NCBI RefSeq assembly: GCF_030144855.1 | Contig: NC_082735.1 | Span: 22,320,001-22,384,000 of the forward strand | Reading direction: 5' to 3' | Length of the DNA: 64,000 bases | Origin: Hypanus sabinus | Taxonomy: Eukaryota | Shown: positions 1-10,659 of the stretch, piece by piece | How positions within the stretch are numbered: position 1 is the stretch's first letter | Layout of the letters: each line of letters opens with the position of its first letter | Program-made: the position numbers and the translations under genes | The notes under the pieces: model-generated | What the model was told of the DNA's origin: nothing | Seen by the model: only the letters and a program-made list of their open reading frames with translations | Databases searched by the model: none

Positions 1-309
1 ATTATTGTTTTAATTTATGGAAGTTAATTGTGATTTTATTTACATTTTTATTAGTAAAATTTAATTACTTGATATTTTTGTACTGTTTCTCATGCTTCTC
101 GTTAATAATGTTTTAAAACTACGAGAAGGCCTTCTACTAGCATAAATTTGTCAGAGGAGCAGGAGCAGTGAAGCAGTTTGTGGGCCTTGTTGGCACCAGT
201 AACTTGCTCTGGCACATACAGCATCTATTGCCTTTTAATGAGATGTTGAGATAATTAAAAGCTGTATATTTTGTCACAAAAAATGAACGACGGCAAGAAA
301 ACTGAGGCA

Positions 310-350
310 GGTGCAATGTGATCTTAGCCTGGTGCAATGTGATCTTAGCC
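310..350. repeat. 21-bp tandem duplication
   Basis: GGTGCAATGTGATCTTAGCC(T) occurs twice in tandem. Confidence 0.95.
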
Positions 351-917
351 CTTATCATGGATTGGCTTGAGTGGATTGTTACAGATCTCCTCCTGTACCA
401 TGTTGGTAGAAACTTCCCATTGTACTTATAAGGAGAAATCAAATCAATTTTTTTGACATTCATGTACTGTATATCATCAAATGAGACACTGTTGCTCCAG
501 ACACAGTAGCACATATAACACCGAATAACTTGATATAACACCCAATAACTCACCCAATAAGTAAGGATGAAATCTAAAAAATTAAATAAACAAAAAGTGC
601 ATGAAGTAAATATTGTCAGGTACAGAAGAGATTAACCAGAGACACTTCTAATGCGATTCACAGAGACTTCAGAAGCCTAATGGCCTGAGGGAAGAAACTG
701 GTACTCATCCTGACCGATCTTGCTTTTATCCATCAGAGCCTCCTGGCTGATGGTAGAACGTCAACAAGGATGCTGGATGGATGGGTGGGATCCTTAATAA
801 TACTAATTACCCTATGTACACAGCGCTCCTGTTATATGTTCCTGATGGATGGTAGGGAGACTCCTATGATCCTCTCAGCCAGTCTCGCAGGATTGGGAAG
901 CACAGTCGAGGAACCTG

Positions 918-1035
918 TAACAAGGGAAAATCTGCAGATGCTGGAAATCCGAGCATCGCACACAAAATGCTGGAGGAGCTCAGCGGGCCATGCTGCACCT
1001 ATGGAAGGAAGTACAGCCGATGTTTCGGGCCGAGG
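918..1035. mobile_element. Penelope-derived single-arm fragment
   Basis: AACAAGGGAAAATCTGCAGATGCTGGAAATCCGAGC...GTTTCGGGCCGAG matches the other copies. Confidence 0.8.
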
Positions 1036-1369
1036 AATCTGTGATTGAGTTCCCGAGTTATTGTTAGATGTAGCTATAAATTGATGTTTGGATGAGTAGT
1101 CAAATACAAGCCAGTGAACAACACCAACCACAGAATGCAAGCTGCCAAGAGGATGAGTTACTGGCGCCCGGAGGTGGCGAGGCAGCTTGTTAAGGTGGCA
1201 CTTACGGACCTCTCCTTACAAGTTCTATACAAATCTACAGTTGTTGCTATCTATAATTAGTTTACAACTATCAGAAAGTACAGGATACATTAACCAAATT
1301 TCAAGATTGAGGCAGAATGCTGTCTTTGCAAAGCTACCAAGATAAATTGTTCGTTGGTAGTTTCCCAAG

Positions 1370-1710
1370 TCGTATGGTGCGGGTGATATTTGTCTTTCCA
1401 TGCCCATGGCTGTTCTTGGCAAATTGTACTACAGAACTGGTTTGCCATTGCCTTCTTCTGGGCAGTGTCTTGACAAGACTAGTGACCCCAGTCATTATCA
1501 ATACTCTGCAGAGATTGCCTGCCTGGCGTCAGTGCTTGCATAACTGGGACTTGCGATATTCATATGACTGGGCACCTCCTGCTCCCACGGCTTCACGTGA
1601 CCCTGATTGGGGGGGGGATAAGCAGGTGCTACACCTTGCCCAAGGGTGACCTGCAGGCTTTCAGAGGAAAGGAGCGCATAACACCTCCTTTGGCAGAGAC
1701 GCACCTCCAC
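1370..1710 (-). mobile_element. Non-autonomous retroposon with an RTE-like 3' tail (copy 1 of 3)
   Basis: Homologous to 18485-18850 and 40940-41280. Shared GGTCACCCTTGGGCAAGGTG(T/C)AGCACCTGCTT and a GGCAATGGCAAACC-type tail. Confidence 0.8.
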
Positions 1711-2589
1711 TAAGACTGTAGCTCTTGCATATTCATATTGTAGAGCACAGCTGGGGTATGTCTGAATTTGCTACATCAGTTATGCATAAATATAGGAGAA
1801 GGCGTTAGTCTCAACATTATGTTGGCAGCCAAACCTGGCCCAGAGCATAAGCAGTAAGTGATGATAGCCTGGTGCACAGCGAGCAAGGGATCTGGATGTG
1901 GTTCGGTAGAACATGATTTCTCATTCAATGGAGAAAGTATACAAATGTCGATAAATAGTATATTGCTGCAGGCACAGTGATTACAAACATGATATTAGGA
2001 CAAGGGCATTCAGTCCTGACATTGGGGAAAACTTCGTTCAAAGTACAGTGAAAAAATAGAACACTGAACAAAAATCTGTGGATGCCAAGACAAATTAACT
2101 TTTCAAGCATGACAGCAATATATTTTAATTAGGTAAGAATATCAAGGGATACAAATTAAAGGGCAGTGTTCACAGTTGAGGTATGATTTAGATGTGTTCT
2201 GATTGATTTGGGGTCCTGACTGAGGTCGGTGAATTGTCTCCTTATCCCTGTGACACAAATATTAATGCACAAACTGTTTCTCCCATCGGATTATTGCGCA
2301 GAGTGTGATATCTGTGACAGTGCCTCTATCAACAGCCTTGGATCATATGATTAGCAGTAATCCTCTATCTTTTTATTTTGAGAGGAATTGATTTGTCTGC
2401 TTTTGGAAGCAGCATTGCAGGAGGGTGATGAATTAATGTCATACCATGACAAGGGAGATTCCTATTTAATGCAGCATCATGCACTCACTGTAACTCTCTT
2501 CAACTTAATTTTCAAGTAGGACTTGCATTTAAATTCCATAATCTCAGGATGTATCAAATAGTTTTCAAACCAGTGATGTACTTTTACTC

Positions 2590-3690
2590 AAGGTCAAAGT
2601 CAAACTAAATTTATTATGAAAGTACGTAGGTATTACTACGTGCCTACTTGAGATTTATTTTCTTGCAGACATTTGCAGGAAGAAGATATACAATAGAATT
2701 TTAAGATAAAATGATACATAAGTAGACCAAGACTGAGAATGCAAAATGCTGGTGGAACACAGCAGGCAAGGCAGCATCTATAATGAGAAGCACCGTCGAC
2801 GTTTCGGGCCGAGACCCCCGAAACGTCGACAGTGCTTCTCCCTATAGATGCTGCCTGGCCTGCTGTGTTCCACCAGCATTTTGCATTCTCAGTCTTGGTC
2901 TACTTATGTATCAAATTGCTTGAATTTCCAGCACCTGCAGATTTCCTCGTGTCAAGGCTGAGAACAACGTTTAAAAGAAGCCAAACTGTGTAAATCAAAA
3001 ACAATACTTAGATCATGAGGTGTAAAGAGTCCCTGAAAATGATTGTAATTCATAGAATCAGTTCAGAGTAGTGGTGAAGGAAGTTATGCACACCGGTACA
3101 GGAGCCCCATGGTTGTAGGGTAATAACCTTTCACAAACTTAGTGGTATGGGCCCTAAGATTTCTGTACCTCCTGCCTGATGATGGTAGTGAGAAGAGGGC
3201 ATGGCCTAGCTGTGGAGGAGCTGTCTGATAATGGATGCTAGCTTCTTCCAGCAATACTACACGTAAATGTGCTCAGTCATGCTGAGGTTTTTGCCTGTGA
3301 TGGACTGGACTGCGTTCACCACTTTCATACCCTTTTCCACTCCCAGTCATTGGCATCTTCATACAAGGCAGTGATACAAACAGTTAGGATTCTTTCCACC
3401 ATGCAGCTATAGAAGTTCATCAAACTTTCTGGTGACCTGCTGAATTTATACAAACTTCTAAGAAAGTAGAGGCTTTATCATGCATTCTTTGTGCTGGTAC
3501 CCAGAAAGATCCTCTGATATGTTGACGCCAAGGAATTTACAGCTTCTGACTCTCTCCACCATGTTTCCCCCAAGGAAGACTGGCTCATGGTCTCCTATAG
3601 TTGTAATCAGCTCTTTGATTTTTCTGACTTTCAGTGAGTGGTTGTTGTTGTGGCACCATTCAATTGGATTTTCAACCTCCCTCCTATACC
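2590..3690 (-). mobile_element. Rex1-type LINE 3' fragment
   Basis: Shares CTGTACCTCCTGCCTGATG and CCATACAAGGCAGTGATAC blocks with the other Rex1 copies. The TCAAAGT-type tail lies at 2590-2620. Confidence 0.75.
2712..2952. mobile_element. Penelope-derived palindromic insertion with fold-back of flanking DNA
   Basis: Inverted arms of ~95 bp around a centre at ~2812. Contains the family motifs AAATGCTGG..GAAC.CAGCAGG and GTTTCGGGCCGAGACCC. Confidence 0.88.
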
Positions 3691-4917
3691 TAATGTTCTA
3701 ATGTAAAAGAAGTGGTGGTCAATTTGTACATGGCAAACTCTAAGTTGATTTTAGTTACTATGTAATGTTGGTGGAGGGATAACTATTTGCTAGAACACAG
3801 AAGAGATCTCTCTGCCATCTTACATATCATTTATAATTTCATTTTATGGACTATAATTAAGCATTAAAATGTGATTGTGCACTTATGTAAGTATAGGGGG
3901 CAATGAGTTTTGGAGGGGCTATTGGAAAGCAGATAAAAGTGGACATGTCTGCTGCCTCTGTAATCATGTGTATTTGTTGATAAAGTATCTGTCCTCGAGA
4001 GTGAATGAGGAAAATAATGAGACACCAACAGATCTTTTACATTTACTTGAGAGTGCGAGTGGGAATTCCAGTTCAAATTTTATCCAAAAGACTGATCAGA
4101 TGACAATATGGCATGTCCTGCTGTACTTTGGTGAAGTGTTAGCCCAGAGTTTGTGCTCTGGAAGGGAACTTTAATCTATAACACTACCTCAAGTACTACC
4201 CTTGATTCACCAATGCAACCCAAGGCAAAAGGCAACATGCTTGCAATGGTAGGATTGAGCAGAATTTGACAGACGGATGGATTAAAGTTTTCAATTATAT
4301 AATAGTGACTTATACTCCAGATGAATGCTAGAATGTTAATGTTCTAGAGAGGCCAGTGGGTAGATATACAGTATTAATGAATATGAGCAACAGGAGGTTG
4401 CTACTCTATAAATTGTTCTTTTCTATGATGACTAATTTTATAAGAGGATTACAGATTCTGACCCAGATTCCTCAAGTGGGAAAACTTGCAAATTGACCTT
4501 AATACAATTTGCTCAGCTTTGTTCTTACTTTATATTAATATTTATTTTTAATTCTCCATTCTTATCATTGAAATCTATGTCGACAGTCATAATCCCCTTA
4601 ATAATTGGGGACTTGCCAAATTAAGTTATACGATACTTGGCTGTCACACAGGTTTGGTAAAGGGTCCTTCAGTTAATTAGCTCCTGTCTCACAGTCAGAA
4701 CCAGAATAAGTAAGGAAAACTCATAATATAATGAATAAACTGGGGAGGTTTTCTGTGGGGCTTTTGATAAAACAGGTTTCTTCACGTCAAAATGGTTTCT
4801 GGCTCTTCAAGGTCCTTCAGTAGACTTTGGACTTCCTCACTTGGATTGATGCATTCAGGGAAGATGGAGCTAAAGTAAGAAAATGGACCTGAGGCGCAAG
4901 GTAATCACAATCTAACT

Positions 4918-4982
4918 CAGGGATTCCCAAACCCTCAGCTAATGGTAAGGCTGTGAGGCATAAAAAAGTTTGGGAACCCCTG
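4918..4982. mobile_element. 65-bp hAT/Charlie-like mini-element
   Basis: TIRs CAGGGATTCCCAAAC and GTTTGGGAACCCCTG match at 14 of 15 positions. No clear 8-bp TSD. Confidence 0.6.
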
Positions 4983-5039
4983 AGAATGACATTTTTGAGT
5001 TGCGAATAGTTAACCTTCATCAACAAGAATAACAAAAAC

Positions 5040-5580
5040 TTTGTCAGCTTGCCACCAAAAGCTTTGACGAACTTCTATAGATGCACAGTGGAGAAAATCC
5101 TAACTATCACGGCCTGGTATGGAAACACCGACGCACAGAAATGGAAAGTGCCACAGAAAGTGGTTGCTATCACAGGCAAACAGCCGCGCCACAAGGAAGC
5201 ATCACCTATCATCAAAGACCCACACCAGTCCAGGCCATGGCCTTTGTTTGCTACTCAATAGTAGTAACAGTTACCACCAAGTTCAGGAACGGTTCTTACA
5301 CTACAACCATCAGGCTCCTGAACCAGCGTGGGTAACTTCTATCATCACTGCTCAGAACTGATTCTATGACCTATAGACTCACTTTCAAGGATTCTTTACA
5401 ACTCTTGTTCTCAGTATTGGTTTCATTTGCACAGTTAATCTTCCTTTGCACACTGGTTGTTGTCAGTCTTTGTCAGTTTATGACTAGTTTTTCATAAAAT
5501 TCTTTTTTCCCTGCAAGTAAAAGAATCTCAACGTAGCTTACGGTAACATATAGGCACTTTGATAACAAATTTACTTTGAA
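5040..5580 (+). mobile_element. Rex1-type LINE 3' fragment
   Basis: LTNFYRCTVEKILTITAWYGN, with a 3' UTR ending AAATTTACTTTGAAC. Confidence 0.82.
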
Positions 5581-6100
5581 CAAAGTATTATAAGGTAAAC
5601 ATAAAATACACAAACTATAAAATGGAATTAGAAAGAAGTACTGAAACACATAACATCATTGGAGAAATTTCCAGCATCAGCCAGATTTCTGATAATTATT
5701 CAAAATAAATAGAGCAATAAAAAAAACTTACCTCGGGGCTATAGCACAATGGGAATTATGTTCCATTGCCCCTAAGAATGAAAGCCGCAATGTGGGATTA
5801 ACCTATGGTCACTGAACGGGATGCAGGCAGCATGCTGACTCCGTGATGCTGATTTCAGCAACCAGCCAGCACTGTTAACTGTGCTAAAGCAACATGCACT
5901 GCAGAAATATGGTCTGCTCTGAAAACAAGGAGACATATTCTGAATGGTGCAGTAGCTGACAATGACTCTATCTGGGCTCATTGCTGGAATCATAGCTTTG
6001 TTTACTGGAATACAATCAGATAAGGTGATCAATGGAGAAAGCCCCAGAAATATGCTGTCAAAAATGGCACCTTTATTTCTTTACTTCCCTACCCCCCACC

Positions 6101-6544
6101 TACAGTTCTGTGCAAAAGTCTGGGGCACATACAGATAGATAGGCTGTCTTAATTCTTTTGCACTGCAGTAACTTTGTGCGTTGCTGCAAGAAGAAAGAAA
6201 AACAAATTTCATGATGAGAATAATGATAAACCTGATTCTGATATGGGTCTCTGTTGTTGGACTGAGAGTGGGAAGGGGGCAAGGAGAGGGGAATCATGGT
6301 TGGGAAAAGGGAAGGGGCAGGAAGAATCAGAAAGTCACCCCCTGCCCCCGGCACTCCTTCTCTGCCACCTGTCCCACACTCCTCCCATGGCACTTCACCT
6401 TCACCATTCCCAGCATCCTTTGCTCTCCCCCCCAAGATTTACAAACTTGTTCTCCACTCCACATTGACAAATGCAGCACTGTGCAAAAGTCTTAGGTGCC
6501 CAGGCTATATATATGTGTGCCTAAAGTTTTTGCACAATATTGTA
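6101..6544. mobile_element. Composite Tc1/mariner-type MITE: two short TIR palindromes around captured sequence
   Basis: CAGT(T)CTGTGCAAAAGTC...TTTTGCAC occurs at 6103-6168 and again at 6474-6542. TA lies at both outer ends. Confidence 0.7.
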
Positions 6545-6558
6545 TTTCTTTGCAGCTG

Positions 6559-6754
6559 TGATGCACCATCAATAACTCTCGGAGATGGGAGGCGAACGAT
6601 AGGCTTTTATTAGCAGCAGAAGGGAGCACAGCATCTCGGAGACTGGGGGGGAACAGTGCCTCCAATCGCCTTTATAATACAGGGCTCTGTGGGAGGAGCC
6701 ACAGGAGCAGTCAGCAGAGGGGCGTGTCCAGACAGGTAAACACAGTTTACCACA
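6559..6754 (-). repeat. 3' LTR of the Gypsy element (196 bp, TG...CA)
   Basis: Reads TGATGCACC...TACCACA. It aligns with 10660-10829 with about 10 substitutions over ~160 bp plus indels. The minus strand carries a TATA-like TATAAAG and AATAAA. Confidence 0.95.
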
Positions 6755-6769
6755 TTCACCCCCCCCTTG
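6755..6769 (-). promoter_or_regulatory. Polypurine tract (plus-strand primer) of the Gypsy element
   Basis: The minus strand shows a G-rich purine run (AAGGGGGGGGTGAA) directly before the TG of the 3' LTR. Confidence 0.88.
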
Positions 6770-6814
6770 TTTTAAAAGAGAGTCCCCACAGGGCGAAGTT
6801 TCTTATGAGTATAT

Positions 6815-7970
6815 TTACAGGTTAAGTCTATCAGGCAGTCGAATCTGTCACTGCGATCTACGTAGCACTGGTGGTGATTGCACCAATGACAGTGGTTGTG
6901 CTGGCTCTGGCCTGACTTGAGGTGTCAGCCCGTTAGGTGTCAGTAATCCCTTATGCGTGTGCCTGGTATGGGAGTGTCGTGAGGAGTCTGTGTAGGGCTT
7001 GGTGTGCGTGGTGTCTCGTGGGTATATACATCGGTGGGTACAGGGTCCATAGTCACCGTGGAGTGTTCGGGGTAAGGGTCTTCTGCTCCTGCGGGCGCCA
7101 GGTCGTGGACGGAGACCGTGTCTTCCCACCCATCAGGTAAGACCACGTAGGCATACTGGGGGTTCGCATGAAGTAGGTGAACCCTCTCGACCATCGGGGA
7201 GTATTTATTGCTCCTCGCATGTTTCCGGAGCAGTACTGGCCCTGGGGACATCAGCCAAACAGGTAGGGTGGTCCCAGTAGCAGACTTCCTGGGGAAAGAG
7301 AAGAGTCACTCATGAGGGGTGGCATTGGTGGACGTGCATAACAGGGAGCGGATGGAGTGGAGTGCCTCGGGGAGGACCTCCTGCCAGCGAGAGACCAGCA
7401 ATCCCTTTGACCTAAGGGCTAAGAGTGTGGCCTTCCACACAGTGGCATTCTCCCTCTCCACTGTCCCTTCCCCCGGGGATTATAGCTCGTGGTCCTACTA
7501 GTAGCAATACCCCTAGCCAGCAGGTACTGGCGCAGCTCATCACTCATAAACAAGGACCCTCTATCACTGTGGATATAGCAGGGATATCCAAATTGAGTGA
7601 AGAGCTGGCAGAGCGCTTTTATGACGGACGTGGGAGTGGTATTGTGGCAGGAGATGGCAAAGGGGAACCGCGAGTACTTGTTGATTATGTTGAGAAAGTA
7701 GACATTGCAGTTGGTGGAGGGAAGGGGGCCCTTAAAGTCGACACTCAGTCGCTCAAAGGGGTGGGTGGCCTTGACAAGTTGTGCCTTTTCAGGACGGTAG
7801 AAGTGCGGTTTGCACTCAGCGCAGACTTGACAGTCCCTGGTCATCGTCCTGATTTCCTCAAGGGAGTACGGCAGGTTCCGGGCATTCATGAAATGGTAAA
7901 GTCGGGTGACCCCCGGGTGGCAAAGATCTGCATGGAGGGCGTATAGCGGTCGAGCTGCGCGCTGGCACAC
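6815..7970 (-). pseudogene. pol: Gypsy pol: integrase (HHCC, DDE core and C-terminal domain), frameshifted
   Basis: HADLCHPG...CQVCAEC, SVDFKGP, IHSDRG, SYNPRGKGQ and the C-terminal PGPVLLRKH. The frame ends LRRSQ*QIRLPDRLNL* shortly before the PPT. Confidence 0.93.
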
Positions 7971-8400
7971 GCTCCCTGGGATAGGGCATCAGGGGGCTCA
8001 TTGAGCCTTCCAGGCCAGTACAGGATATCATAGTTGTAGGTGGAGAGTTCGATTCTCCACTGCAAAATTTTATCATTTTTGATTTTGCCCCGCTGTTGGT
8101 TGCTGAACATGAATGCAACTGAGCGCTGGTCGGTCAGCAAGGTGAACCTTTTGCCGGTGAGATAGTGCCTCCAGTGCCTAATAGCTTCTACCATGGCCTG
8201 GGCTTCTTTCTCCACCGCGGAGTGCCGAATTTCAGGGCCCTGAAGGGTACGAGAGAAGAATGCTACCGGCCTTTCTGCCTGATTGAGGGTAGCAGCCAGC
8301 ACAAAGTCGGAGGCGTCACTCTCTACTTGGAAGGGAGTGGTCTCGTTGACCGCATGCATCGTTGCTTTGGCAATGTCCCCTTCAATGCGGCTGAAGGCCC
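7970..8400 (-). pseudogene. pol: Gypsy pol: RNase H domain
   Basis: Motifs FQVESDASD, PVAFFSRTL, SAVEKEAQA, HWRHYLTGKRFTLLTDQ, KILQWRIEL and N-x-x-PDALS. Confidence 0.93.
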
Positions 8401-9700
8401 TGCAGGTCTCGGCTGAGAATGGAAATGTGGTGGACTGACCAGGGGGCGGGCCTTGTCTGCGTAGTGAGGGACCTGTTGGGCGTAATAGGAAAAGAAGCCC
8501 AGGCACCGTTTGAGGGCTCTGAGGGTGGAAGGAAGAGGGAGTTCCAACAGGGGGCGCATACAGTTGGGGTCAGGGCCAATGACCCCATTCTCCACGACAT
8601 ACCCAAGGATAGCAAGTCGGGTGGTTCCGAACACACACTTGTCCCTGTTATAGGTGAGGTTAAGAGCTTTGGCCGCTTGGAAAAATCATTGGAATTTGGT
8701 GTCGTGATCCTGCCAGTGGTGACCGCAGATGGTGATGTTATCCAGATATGGGAACTTGGCCTTCAGTTGGCACAGGTCCACCATCCGGTCCATTTCCCTC
8801 TGGAAGACAGAGACACCATTTGTGACACCAAATGGGATGCGCAGGAAGTGATAGAGCCTGCCGCCCGCCTCGAAGGCGGTGTAGGGGCGGTCCTCCGGGC
8901 GGATGGGGAGCTGGTGGTAAGCGGATTTCAGGTCTATGGTCGAGTACACCTTGTACTGAGCTATCTGATTGACCATATCCACGATGCGGGGTAGGGGGTA
9001 CGCGTCAAGCTGCGTGAACCTATTGATGGTCTGGCTATAGTCCACGACCATCCTATTTTTCTGCCCGGTCCGAACAACAACCACCTGGGCCCTCCAAGGA
9101 CTTGTGCTTGGCTCAATGATCCCCTCCCTGAGCAGCCGCTGCACCTCCGACTTAATGAAGGCCCTGTCCCCCACGCTGTACCTCCTGCTTTTAGTTGCCA
9201 CAGGTTTACAGTCGGGGGTCAGGTTGGCGAACAGCGGTGGGGGAGGGATCTTGAGGGTGGAGTGGCTGCAAGTGGTGTCGGTAGCAAGGCCGTTGGCATG
9301 GTGTTGGGTGGGATGTGTGGGTCGGTGTGTGTGTATGGTCAGTAGCGGGGTGTATGACGAAGTCCCACAAAACAGGATTTCTAACAGTGAGAGGGGCCCA
9401 TCATACTCCATTGTCACACTTTTCAGGTGGCTCTGGAAGTCGAGCTCCAATAGCACAGGGGCACACAGTTGAGGCATGACCAGTAATGTAAAGTCCCGAT
9501 ATTCTGTGCCCTGCACCACCAATGTCGCTACACAACCCCTCCAGATGTCTGTGGAATGCGATCCAGAAGCCATGGTGACCCTCTGGCTTACCGGCTGTGT
9601 CACGAGTCCACAGCGTTGTACTCCCAGTGCTGCCCGTGTCAAACAGGCAGCTAGTCCTGTGCCCTTCCACCAGGATGTCCATCATCGACCTGGCAAGCTG
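8323..9700 (-). pseudogene. pol: Gypsy pol: aspartic protease and reverse transcriptase, frameshifted
   Basis: Protease motif CLFDTGS. RT motifs SPWRAQVVVV, RMVVDYSQTIN, DAYPLPRI, IDLKSAYHQL, IPFGVTNG, YLDN, ILGYVV and LGFFSYY. Confidence 0.95.
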
Positions 9701-10634
9701 GTGTGGAGTGCTTGGGTCGAGGGTCAGAGGCCAGAGTTGCATCGCCGTGTAGGTTCTCGGTAAGCACCCGTGGGTCGGAGGTGGGGTGAGGTGGCTCCGA
9801 CAAAGATGGCGGCCCCCATGTCTCGCATGCGGCGCTGCTCGACCCCGCTCGTGGTTTGGACTTACAGGCCTGGGCGAAGTGGCCCTTCTTTCCGCAGCTG
9901 GAGCAGGTCGCTTCTCGGGCTGGGCAGCGTTTTCGGGGGTGCTTTTCGAGTCCGCAGAAGTAACACTTGGCGGACTCACGACTGGCAGCAGCCGTGGTCG
10001 ATTCGCCAGCGGGTTGCGGGGACTTCACGGACTCGTGACTGGCAGCAGCCGAGGTCGATTCACTGGTGGGTTGCGGGGTCTATGGTGTCCACGGGGCCGG
10101 CGGGAGCTCGCGCGCCTTGACATCGTCAGCATCATGCAGCGTGTCGGCTAGCTCGATCGCCGACTGTCAGGTAAGATCGGTGTTTTCCAGCAGCCGCTGG
10201 CGCACGTACACTGACCTGATCCCCAAAACAAAGGCGTCTCGTACCAGGAGCTCCACATGCTGTTCCACCATCAGTCCCCTGCAGTCACAGGCCTGCACGG
10301 ATGTCTGTAGGGCCCAGACAAACTCAGCGCTTGACTCTCTGGCCGTCTGCCGCCATGTCGCTAAGCGATGTCTCGCATAGACGGTGTTCACCGTCCGCAG
10401 GTATTGTCTTTTGAGGGCATCCAGTGCCCCTTGGTAGGTCAGCAGATCCCTAATCAGGGAGTAGACCCGCGGACTGATCCTGGAAAGGAGAACTCTGTGC
10501 ATCGTGGCAGACTCGGTCATACGAATCTCCTCCAGGTACGATTGGAAGCATGCAAGCCAGAGTTCAAAAGCGATATCAGCTTCCGGAGATTGAGGGTCAA
10601 TATCCAATCTGTCGGGTCGTAAAATGCTCTCCAA
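9651..10634 (-). pseudogene. gag: Gypsy gag with two CCHC zinc knuckles, interrupted by two in-frame stops
   Basis: ORFs 10167..10634 and 9651..10028 share a frame, with TGA at 10167 and TAG at ~10080. Motifs: LRPDRLDIDP, LVRDAFVLGI, CYFCGLEKHPRKRC, CSSCGKKGHFAQAC. Confidence 0.92.
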
Positions 10635-10659
10635 GGTTTAAAATTGCTGCTAATAAAAT

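Larger units (their letters stand above)
2515..4230 (-). mobile_element. Ancient DeuSINE (SacSINE1-like) in three pieces: ~2515-2590, ~3695-3825 and ~4095-4230
   Basis: Recognised by eye from ACTTGCATTT..CTCAGGATG, GTTGGTGGAGGGATAA.TATT.GC.AG.ACAC and AGTGTTAGCCCAGA.TTTGTGCTC. Confidence 0.5.

Noticed and set aside
7425-10622. Plus-strand ORFs of 80-190 aa over the retrotransposon
   Set aside because: They are antisense shadows of GC-rich gag-pol with no independent motifs. No env-like ORF was found either.
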